Source: an uncultured Clostridia bacterium (GTDB lineage Bacteria; Bacillota; Clostridia; Christensenellales; CAG-314). Taken from it: a stretch of 64,000 bases of DNA. Shown piece after piece: positions 8,800 through 16,426 of the stretch (position 1 is the first letter of the stretch; every line of letters starts with the position of its first letter). A model generated the notes under the pieces. It was given only the letters and a program-made list of their open reading frames with translations. It ran no database searches and had not been told where the DNA came from. A program made the translations under genes and the position numbers. The stretch lies in NCBI GenBank assembly GCA_947601445.1, contig CANQGD010000002.1, positions 25,399-89,398 of the forward strand, written 5' to 3'.

Positions 8800-9061
8800 T
8801 AGAAAACCACACGATAGTCGTGGGTCCGTGGAGGTTTCGTCAAATGAATTACATAAATAGTTTTAGCATAAGGTAAATATCTTTGGAGATAAACTCAATA
8901 AATAAATTTTAAAAACAGAAAGTTTATAATGAAGAGCGAGGGCATATCTTTTTTGTTTTAACGAATGATAGTATTGGTGTGGATTATTGTTTACTTATCG
9001 CCAGAACGGTATAAAAATTTTATGATGTTTTTATAGACATAAAAAAGTTGTTTTTCTAATC

Positions 9062-9115
9062 AAAACTCGCTTGAAAAAGTTTGCAAATTTACATAAAACT
9101 CGCTTGAAAAAGTTT
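9062..9115 (+). repeat. Two perfect 21-bp direct repeats overlapping a promoter
   Basis: AAAACTCGCTTGAAAAAGTTT occurs at 9062-9082 and 9095-9115, offset by 33 bp. The second copy contains the -35 (TTGAAA 9104-9109) of a TTGAAA-17-TATAAT (9127-9132) promoter. Confidence 0.8.
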
Positions 9116-9162
9116 TTATCTTATGCTATAATATTAATTAAAAAAACGAGGTGCGCATAATT

Positions 9163-10482
9163 ATGCTAAAAAGAAAGATCGAAAACGTACTGAAAGAGTG
9201 GAAAAATATTCCCAATAAAAGTCCGCTTATCATTAAGGGTCAGCGACAATGCGGTAAGACCTTTTCTGTGAGAAGGTTTGCAGAAGAAAATTACAAGCAC
9301 GTCGTCTATCTGAATTTTCTCAAAAATCCCAATTACATTTCCATCTTCAATGGCTCGCTGGAAGTGGACGATCTCATCATCATGATGTCCGCACTCCTCG
9401 GCGACGAGGCGATCTTCGTGCCGCATGAGACGATCATCATTTTCGACGAAATTCAGGACTGCCCCGAGGCACGCACGGCTTTGAAATTCTTCAAAGAGGA
9501 CGGCAGGTTTGATGTCATCGGCACCGGGTCACTCCTCGGCGTGAAGGGCTATGGCAAACAGCCGAAGTCCGTTCCTGTCGGTTCTGAAACGTTCATTGAA
9601 ATGAAACCGCTTGATTTCGAGGAATTCCTTTGGGCGAACGGGATCGGTGAGACAATCATAGAAAAATTAAGAGTGTGTCTGCAAAGCACCTCACCCGTTC
9701 CCGAGGCTCTTCACAACAAAATGCAGGAGTTGATGTTGCAATACACGGTCATTGGCGGGATGCCCGAGGTGGTGCAGAAGTTTGTTGACACCAAGCAAAT
9801 GAATGTCGTATTAACGCTTCAACGCGACATTATCCGTTCCTACGAGGACGACATGGTGAAGTATGCCGACGACAAGGACAAGCCACTTATCCGCGAGTGT
9901 TTTCAATCCATCCCCAAACAATTAAGCAAGGAGAACAAAAAGTTTCAATACTCCGTGGTGAAGAAGGGTGCGACAGCGGCGAAATTTGCGGGCAGTTTGC
10001 AATGGATTGAGGATGCGGGGATCGTTTCGCGCTGTTATAATCTCGAACTTCCCGAACTTCCGTTGGATGGAAATGCTATGCAGGACGTTTTTAAAGTTTA
10101 TATGAACGACACTGGACTGTTTGTGAGTATGCTCGAGGACGGCACGCAGTATGATATTTTGCAAGGCAACCTTTACGGCTACAAAGGGGCGATTTTTGAA
10201 AATCTGATTGCCGACATCTTCGTGAAGATGGGCAGAAAGCTGTATTATTATCACAAGGATTCGGGACTTGAGATCGATTTTGTTACGCGATACAAGGGTG
10301 GGTGCTATCTTGTGGAAGTCAAAGCCACGACGGGCAACGCCAAGAGCGCCAAGACCATCTTATCTCATCCCGAGAAGTACCATGTCACTGGCGTCATCAA
10401 ACTCGGGCAGTCCAATGTTGGAAAAGTAGATAAGATATTGACAATACCGCTTTATCTCGGGTTCTTGTTGACGGAGTATTAA
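9163..10482 (+). CDS. AAA-family ATPase with DUF4143 (COG1373-type)
   Basis: Walker A GQRQCGKTF and Walker B-like IIIFDEIQ, about 440 aa, with a C-terminal restriction-endonuclease-like region typical of the family. SD GAGGTG precedes ATG 9163. Codons are visibly GC3-rich compared with neighbours. Confidence 0.8.
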   Translation: MLKRKIENVLKEWKNIPNKSPLIIKGQRQCGKTFSVRRFAEENYKHVVYLNFLKNPNYISIFNGSLEVDDLIIMMSALLGDEAIFVPHETIIIFDEIQDCPEARTALKFFKEDGRFDVIGTGSLLGVKGYGKQPKSVPVGSETFIEMKPLDFEEFLWANGIGETIIEKLRVCLQSTSPVPEALHNKMQELMLQYTVIGGMPEVVQKFVDTKQMNVVLTLQRDIIRSYEDDMVKYADDKDKPLIRECFQSIPKQLSKENKKFQYSVVKKGATAAKFAGSLQWIEDAGIVSRCYNLELPELPLDGNAMQDVFKVYMNDTGLFVSMLEDGTQYDILQGNLYGYKGAIFENLIADIFVKMGRKLYYYHKDSGLEIDFVTRYKGGCYLVEVKATTGNAKSAKTILSHPEKYHVTGVIKLGQSNVGKVDKILTIPLYLGFLLTEY

Positions 10483-10976
10483 AACCGTGGGCAAAAGAAT
10501 TAAAATGCCGCAAAAACGAGCAAAGCAATTTATTTCAAATATAACTGCCATTGTCATATTTGGCGTGTTATAATTGGATTAGCACAGGACGATTTTATGG
10601 ACATTTTCGATTGACTTTCGGTGACACGGACGATGAGAGCGATTTGATTTTCGCGATTCGCCGTTGCTACATGATTTTGGTTCGGTTTTGGCGTGGAATG
10701 TGCTAAAATGGGTGCGAATTGCGAAATAACTATGTCACAATAGAGGAGAAGTAAGATATGGAGAAACAAAGCGCTAGACAATTTAAGAATTAAGTATATT
10801 CATTTTGCTTGGAAATAGGTGGGAATGGTTGACACCTTAAAAAACAGCGATTAAAATCGCAGACCAAGATATTTGCCTGATTGCTTGTACGCTTTTATTT
10901 TATGAAATAATTACATAGAATGGTTAATTACCATAAGTATAGTTAAAGCTAAACTCAGTTAAGGTCGATGATTTAT

Positions 10977-11002
10977 GAAGAGGCCTCTTCGGGCTTTTTT
11001 TT
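10977..11002 (+). terminator. Terminator-like hairpin with no obvious upstream gene
   Basis: GAAGAGGCCTCTTC palindrome followed by GGGCTTTTTTTT. It lies about 500 nt after the ATPase stop. Confidence 0.45.
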
Positions 11003-11012
11003 CGGTGCATTG

Positions 11013-11041
11013 TTGACATATTTTTATCCGTGCTGTACAAT
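11013..11041 (+). promoter_or_regulatory. Consensus sigma-A promoter
   Basis: TTGACA (11013-11018), 17-nt spacer, TACAAT (11036-11041). Confidence 0.65.
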
Positions 11042-11229
11042 TAAATTACCACATCATCATTTTTATAATGCGTATCACACATACTCTCATGGTAGAGTTA
11101 TGTGTCCTTTCTCTTTGTGTGGTACGCAAGGTGATGGTGTGGTAACTATCGAGGCACATATTCTGCAAGTGTCGCAGCGATAGTTGCGGCACTTTTTATT
11201 GCCGGAATACACACAAAAAGGAGGAAACT
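11042..11229 (+). promoter_or_regulatory. Structured 5' leader with terminator/antiterminator alternative (riboswitch- or attenuator-like, class unknown)
   Basis: A 12-bp long-range helix pairs ACCACATCATCA (11048-11059) with TGATGGTGTGGT inside 11130-11143. An internal hairpin is ACACATA-CTC...GAG-T-TATGTGT. The terminator is GTCGCAGC-GATA-GTTGCGGC (11171-11190) plus ACTTTTTATT. AACTATCG (11144-11151) can pair with CGATAGTT (11178-11185), which excludes the terminator. Confidence 0.45.
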
Positions 11230-12204
11230 ATGTCAGAAAACAAAAAGCCCGTATGGAAAAGAGTGATCAACGTGATCGGATACGTATTGGTGTTTGCCGT
11301 GGTGATTTTTATATTTGTCAGGTACTTGGGGCCCGTGCTGTTTGGCAGCAACGATGACGGTCCCCGTCGGCTCGATACACCCGCCAATATCGATTTTTCC
11401 TTTGAGAAAAAGGTTATCACTTGGTCGCCCGTCGAAAACGCCAACGCATACTATGTCAAAATAAACGACGGCGACGAAACAAAGGTCGTCGAGACTTCTA
11501 TGCCATACATTGCTACTTTCAAGTCCGTTACCGTCAGCGTCAAAGCAAGCAGTTCCACGGCGGAATATCCGGATTCCGATTGGTCTGAGCCAGCCACTTT
11601 CGAAAACAACGAGATTTGTTCTTATCAAGCCGTGTGCGAATTTGTAACCAATATTCTTGCAATAAATATCACTAGTTTGGAGGGCGTCTTTCTTGAAGAT
11701 AACAGAACTTTTAGGGTAGTCGCTACAATAGCAAAAAGAAATACGGTTCACGAGATTTTGTGTACGTATGACGAGGATATTCATTCAATTGAAGAAGCAT
11801 TAACGATAGAACGTATCGGTACAAGAGAGGTTACCCATTACTCCATTTCCGAATACCATTCCGCGGAATCTCTTATTAAATCTGGTGAACTTACCGGACA
11901 GCTTGAACAGTATCGGCAGGACGGATGGAAAATCAGCGTGGTATCCGATGTGACAACAAAATTGAATAGAAGCGACGTAACATATATTTATGGCATATTT
12001 AAGCTGACCAAGGGAGACGAAACTAAATATGTTTATGTTAAATATGACTGCATGATTAGACATTTATCACCGTATGAATTTATGAATTATTCCGATGATA
12101 TTATAAATGTTTCAAATAGAATACTCTACGAAATTTCTTTCCACGAATTTACACCGGAAGAAATTGATTTTTTGAGGTATAATCACGATTTGAATGTAGA
12201 ATAG
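11230..12204 (+). CDS. Membrane-anchored hypothetical protein with Fn3-like extracytoplasmic segment
   Basis: SD AAAGGAGGAAA. One N-terminal TM segment (VINVIGYVLVFAVVIFIFV), then ITWSPVENANAYYVKINDGDE (Fn3-like), then an unrecognised C-terminal 200 aa. Confidence 0.6.
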   Translation: MSENKKPVWKRVINVIGYVLVFAVVIFIFVRYLGPVLFGSNDDGPRRLDTPANIDFSFEKKVITWSPVENANAYYVKINDGDETKVVETSMPYIATFKSVTVSVKASSSTAEYPDSDWSEPATFENNEICSYQAVCEFVTNILAINITSLEGVFLEDNRTFRVVATIAKRNTVHEILCTYDEDIHSIEEALTIERIGTREVTHYSISEYHSAESLIKSGELTGQLEQYRQDGWKISVVSDVTTKLNRSDVTYIYGIFKLTKGDETKYVYVKYDCMIRHLSPYEFMNYSDDIINVSNRILYEISFHEFTPEEIDFLRYNHDLNVE

Positions 12205-12264
12205 TTTTTCATGCGTAACTTTGAAAATTCGCTACAAAATTTTGCGCCGATTTTGTCGGCGTTA

Positions 12265-12313
12265 TTGACAATGCCGAGCGTTAGTGGTACAATATTTTTA
12301 GATAATTTGTTCT
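12265..12313 (+). promoter_or_regulatory. Sigma-A promoter followed by a degenerate LexA (Cheo-box-like) site
   Basis: TTGACA (12265-12270), 17-nt spacer, TACAAT (12288-12293). AGATAATTTGTTCT (12300-12313) differs at 2 of 10 defined positions from AGAAC-N4-GTTCT. Confidence 0.4.
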
Positions 12314-12336
12314 AATTTGCGCATTGGGGAGAAATT

Positions 12337-13839
12337 ATGGAACAAAAACAATACGTTTCCATAGATTTGAAATCTTTTTATGCTTCGGTAGAGTGCCGGG
12401 AAAGAGGACTTGATCCCATTGTCACCAATTTGGTGGTGGCAGATGGCAGCCGTACGGAAAAAACAATATGTCTTGCCGTCTCTCCCGCGCTAAAAGCATA
12501 CGGTATTTCCGGACGCGCTCGTTTATTCGAGGTGGTGCAAAAGGTCAACGCGATAAACAATGCGCGTCAAGCAAAAGCTCCGCAAAGGAAATTTGCGGGG
12601 AGTTCTGTCAATGTAACGGAATTGCATTCCGATCCATCCCTTGCGCTGGACTATATTGTAGCCACTCCGCGTATGGGTTTGTACATGAAATACAGCACAC
12701 GTATATACAAAATTTATACCAAATACATCTCTCCCGAGGATATTCACGTGTACTCGATCGACGAGGTGTTTATGGATGTCACAAGCTATCTCAAAACTTA
12801 CCAGACAACCGCGCGCGAGCTGACAATAAGGATAATACGCGATGTTTTGGCAACCACGGGCATCACCGCAACCGCAGGAATAGGTACGAATATGTATCTT
12901 GCAAAGGTGGCGATGGATATTGTCGCAAAGCACGTGAAACCGGATAGCGACGGAGTGCGTATTGCGGAATTGGACGAAATGAGCTATCGCAAAATGCTTT
13001 GGACGCACACGCCGCTGACGGATTTTTGGAGAGTGGGCGAAGGATATGCGCGAAGGCTCGAACAAGTCGGGTTGAACACTATGGGAGATATTGCCAAATG
13101 TTCGCTTACGAATGAGGCGTTGTTATACAAGCTGTTTGGCGTGAACGCCGAATTACTGATAGATCATGCCTGGGGTTGGGAGCCTGTTACCATTGCCGAC
13201 GTAAAAAGTTATTCGCCGGAAACCAACAGCGTCAGTTCAGGGCAGGTGCTTTCTTCTCCTTACAATTTTGAAAAGGGCAAGTTGATCGCGCGCGAAATGA
13301 CGGATTTGTTGGTGCTGGATTTGGTGGACAAGGGGTTGAAAACCAACCAAATGGTTCTCACCGTGGGCTATGATGTGGAAAATCTCACAAACCCCGATAT
13401 TCGCCGCAAGTACAAGGGGGAAGTGCATATCGATCATTGGGGCAGAAAGGTGCCTCGGCATGCCCATGGGACAATCAATCTTGACGGATATACATCGTCT
13501 ACAAAGCTGATAACAAATGCGGTTATGCAACTTTATGATAAAATCGTCAACAAGGAGCTATTGGTAAGGCGGATGTACGTAGTTGCAAATCATGTGTTGC
13601 CTGCCGATTGCGCACCGCAACAAGAACTCGAACAGTTGGATATTTTTACCGATTACGAAGCGCGCAAACAACTGCGTGAACGAGAAAAGGATATTTTGAA
13701 CAAAGAGGAAAGTTTGCAAAAAACCGTGTTGACTATACACAAAAAATACGGGAAAAATGCAATTATCAAGGGTATGAATCTTGAAGAAGGCGCAACAACG
13801 GTGGAGCGCAACGGACAAATCGGCGGTCACAAAAAATAA
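12337..13839 (+). CDS. Y-family (translesion) DNA polymerase, UvrX/YqjW-like
   Basis: YVSIDLKSFYASVECRERGLDP and YSIDEVFMDVT motifs of the ImpB/MucB/SamB family, 500 aa with a long C-terminal extension. Confidence 0.85.
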   Translation: MEQKQYVSIDLKSFYASVECRERGLDPIVTNLVVADGSRTEKTICLAVSPALKAYGISGRARLFEVVQKVNAINNARQAKAPQRKFAGSSVNVTELHSDPSLALDYIVATPRMGLYMKYSTRIYKIYTKYISPEDIHVYSIDEVFMDVTSYLKTYQTTARELTIRIIRDVLATTGITATAGIGTNMYLAKVAMDIVAKHVKPDSDGVRIAELDEMSYRKMLWTHTPLTDFWRVGEGYARRLEQVGLNTMGDIAKCSLTNEALLYKLFGVNAELLIDHAWGWEPVTIADVKSYSPETNSVSSGQVLSSPYNFEKGKLIAREMTDLLVLDLVDKGLKTNQMVLTVGYDVENLTNPDIRRKYKGEVHIDHWGRKVPRHAHGTINLDGYTSSTKLITNAVMQLYDKIVNKELLVRRMYVVANHVLPADCAPQQELEQLDIFTDYEARKQLREREKDILNKEESLQKTVLTIHKKYGKNAIIKGMNLEEGATTVERNGQIGGHKK

Positions 13840-13928
13840 CCGAATGTCTCAAACGCAGTTTTTTCGGGTGACGCACAGAACGGCTGATTTTATGAGTCGG
13901 CAAAGCGACAAAGATCAAATTTTGAGGA

Positions 13929-14342
13929 ATGATGGAACAAACCGATAATTACAACGACATAATAATGTTGTCGCATCACGTATCGGCAAACCGTCCGCAT
14001 ATGACGATTCACGATAGAGCGGCGCAGTTTAGCGCTTTTGCCGCGTTAAAGGGGTACGATGACGAAATAGACGAAGCGGCGCGCCACACAGACGAGCGTA
14101 TTGTGCCGTGTGAAGAACGCATGGAAGAAATAAACGAAAAATTGTTGCTTATCTGCGAACAAGCGGCAAATCGCCCCGCCGTAAAAATCGTGTATTTTGT
14201 ACCGGATGGAAAAAAAGACGGCGGCTCATACCGTAGCGTAGAAGGAATTGTATGCAAATTCGACGTTTACAACCGTCTGCTTTTGTTTGACGGCGGCGAA
14301 AAGGTCTCTTTTGCAGATATTTACGATATAGAATTGAAATAG
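13929..14342 (+). CDS. YolD-like protein
   Basis: Small protein directly downstream of the Y-family polymerase, the known uvrX-yolD / yqjW-yqjX pairing. It has the HDRAAQFSAFAALKGYDD motif. The exact start is uncertain. Confidence 0.6.
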   Translation: MMEQTDNYNDIIMLSHHVSANRPHMTIHDRAAQFSAFAALKGYDDEIDEAARHTDERIVPCEERMEEINEKLLLICEQAANRPAVKIVYFVPDGKKDGGSYRSVEGIVCKFDVYNRLLLFDGGEKVSFADIYDIELK

Positions 14343-14432
14343 AGGTTCTTTTACCTTGGCAAAAACGACCGGACGGGGTTGTAAAAAATGCCGCAAAGAC
14401 TCTGTATAAGCTCGGAAAATTTTTGGCGGTCT

Positions 14433-14472
14433 CAAAAAAACTCATACGTACCCCGTTTTTGAGGTACGTATG
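14433..14472 (-). terminator. Rho-independent terminator (minus strand)
   Basis: Stem CATACGTACC (14443-14452) / GGTACGTATG (14463-14472). The A-run on the plus strand (14434-14440) gives TTTTTTT after the hairpin on the minus strand. Confidence 0.65.
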
Positions 14473-14642
14473 TGCATATAGGGTGAGGCGTCGGCGTCAA
14501 ATTACTTGTTTTTGCGGCAATGATCCCCGATAAGATTTTTTACCAAGACGAAGGTGGAAAATGAGCGGTAATCAAAAAAAATTAAAGCTCGGTGAAAGGC
14601 GAACATATCAAAACGCCGTTTTGTTGTAACGTGACGTAGTTG

Positions 14643-14682
14643 AAAAAGTGAATACGCACCCCGTTTGAGGTGCGTATTTTTC
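14643..14682. terminator. Bidirectional terminator hairpin just 3' of tmRNA; paralogue of the 14443-14472 hairpin
   Basis: Stem AATACGCACC (14651-14660) / GGTGCGTATT (14669-14678), with T-runs available on both strands. Confidence 0.65.
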
Positions 14683-14687
14683 TGTTG

Positions 14688-15062
14688 TGGTGGAGGTGAC
14701 GGGACTTGCACCCGTGTACCAACGCAAGACTATTTGACTTTCTTCGCGCACAGTCTGTTTTCAATGTCGCAGTTACAAGAAAACAAACAAACTTGCAATT
14801 GCCCGCGCCGAAAAAGTTTTCAAACCGAGACGTTTCGGCGTAACCGTCACAGTTCTATTTGCGTAATATTGCGCAGATCATTCGGCAACGCAAAAATGCC
14901 GAAGTCCACGTGCCGGTATTAACTAAGCGGCAAATGCCAATCTTGTGGATTGACGAGAAGTGCTATTGTTAGCATTTATTTTGAGTTTGCCTTTTAACGC
15001 AGCGGCACTGCGACGCGCTTATCAAATCTCCTTCAACGCCGGGCGAATCTGAAAACACCCCC
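14688..15062 (-). ncRNA. ssrA: tmRNA (SsrA)
   Basis: The minus strand reads GGGGGTGTTTTCAGATTCGCCCGGCG...GGTACACGGGTGCAAGTCCCGTCACCTCCACCA, giving a tRNA-like acceptor and T-arm. The internal tag frame is GGC AAA CTC AAA ATA AAT GCT AAC AAT AGC ACT TCT CGT CAA TCC ACA AGA TTG GCA TTT GCC GCT TAG (...ANNSTSRQSTRLAFAA*). The resume codon is probably GGC or GCT. Confidence 0.9.
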
Positions 15063-15233
15063 ATATCGGAAATTTAAGTATGATATAGTATATACTAAAT
15101 TTTGTTGCTTGTAAACCTTGTGAGAATAATTTTTGAGGCAAATCGAAAGTCGTGCATCTACACGCATAACGCCCGCTGTAAGTATGCGGGCGTTGTAATG
15201 TTAAAATTATTTTAATTTCGATTTTGTTTGTCG

Positions 15234-16121
15234 TCAGGAACCGAATCTGCCGTTGGACGCTTTTATCTTTATCAAACCTTCGTCCAACAACGCTTTTGTG
15301 GATTTGTACTTCGGTTTGTAGTTGGCAATTGTATATTTGCCTTGTTCTACACCCATATTATTCATCATCAACTTTATCAATTGTTTTGCGTACAGCAACG
15401 AACGGCTGCCGGAAACTTTTATCAAAGTCGGGACGCTGCTGTAACGTGCTTTGTCGGAAACGTCTTTTGCATGATATTTGGGCGCCAACTCGGTTGCGTT
15501 CAAAGCTATGTACATATTCAATTTTTTGCCGCGCAACTGCAAAATAACGCATTTATTTCTGCCTTTGTAAAATGCTTCGAATTTCCAGCTTGTGCGAGAA
15601 CGGATTTTTTTGTAGGAGAGCAATTCGTTCTTGATGGCGGAGTAAGCCGTTTTGACGTCGTTGTCCGATTGCGACAATCGAGCGGTAAAGCTTCTGTCCA
15701 ACGTCGATCTTCTGCCGTCGATAATGGGCAACACGATAGGCAAATCGTCGTCCTCCGTTTCGTCTGCGACAACGGGTTGTTCGGCAGTTGCTTCGGAGGT
15801 TTCTTCTGTTGTTTCTTCGGGTGTTTCGGTTTCTTCAACCGTCTCGACGGGTTGCTCGGCGTTTTCCGGTTCTTCCGCTGATTGCTCCGTTGCGGCGGCA
15901 GAGTCATTTTTATCCTTTTTGCCGAGCAGCAGCAATAGTATTATAACTATATTAAGTATAATCAATATCGCAAGCAGCACCCAAAGGTACCAAGTCGGCG
16001 TTTCTTGCGGAGCGGTATTTCCCGTCGCTTCGGCAAAAGCGATTGCGGTAAATGACATGCTCAAAACAATTACTAACGTCAAGATTGCAATCAAGACGAT
16101 TTTTCTGTGGTTTTTCTTCAT
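15234..16121 (-). CDS. Membrane protein with acidic E/T-rich linker and basic C-terminal domain, unknown function
   Basis: 295 aa with two N-terminal TM helices, the low-complexity stretch EEPENAEQPVETVEETETPEETTEETSEATAEQPVVADETEDDD, then about 170 lysine-rich residues. SD AAAGGAG is present. Confidence 0.6.
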   Translation of the reverse strand: MKKNHRKIVLIAILTLVIVLSMSFTAIAFAEATGNTAPQETPTWYLWVLLAILIILNIVIILLLLLGKKDKNDSAAATEQSAEEPENAEQPVETVEETETPEETTEETSEATAEQPVVADETEDDDLPIVLPIIDGRRSTLDRSFTARLSQSDNDVKTAYSAIKNELLSYKKIRSRTSWKFEAFYKGRNKCVILQLRGKKLNMYIALNATELAPKYHAKDVSDKARYSSVPTLIKVSGSRSLLYAKQLIKLMMNNMGVEQGKYTIANYKPKYKSTKALLDEGLIKIKASNGRFGS

Positions 16122-16426
16122 ATAATTGCTCCTTTAATTGTTTTCCGTTGTAAATACGGTACATAAAAATACCGAAAATAACTCGCGCGTGCGCGTAAAT
16201 TATCACTAAAATATATTTTATTATAAATTATTGTATTTGTCAATATCCAAGTATAAAAATATAATACCCCAAACGCTTTTTTCTTTGGAATATTTTTAAA
16301 ACAAATAGGAACAACCGCTATATTTTTGATTGAAAGTGCTTGTATATTTTTTCGAAATATTGTAAAATAAACACGTATGGGCTATTGCTCTCACAAAGCG
16401 TAATTTATTTTTGGAGGAATAACAAA

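Noticed and set aside
9062-9115. CRISPR array (this repeat pair and the 12-mer tandem at 54679-54702)
   Set aside because: There are only two copies each, the repeat lengths and spacings are wrong for CRISPR, and there are no cas genes anywhere in the window.
10554-10781. 75-aa minus-strand ORF in the gap after the ATPase
   Set aside because: It has a non-ATG start, no SD and no recognisable features, and sits in a region with better evidence for being non-coding.
7456-11000. Integrated prophage or ICE at tRNA-Val
   Set aside because: Only the short att-like repeat is present. Between the tRNA and the next core genes I see no integrase, excisionase, replication, structural or conjugation genes. 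The locus is therefore reported as a scar/variable locus, not a mobile element.
14502-14764. Minus-strand ORFs of 69 and 60 aa
   Set aside because: They overlap the tmRNA 3' domain and its terminator and have no SD. Only the portion between the two hairpins is kept as a low-confidence mini-ORF inside a finding.
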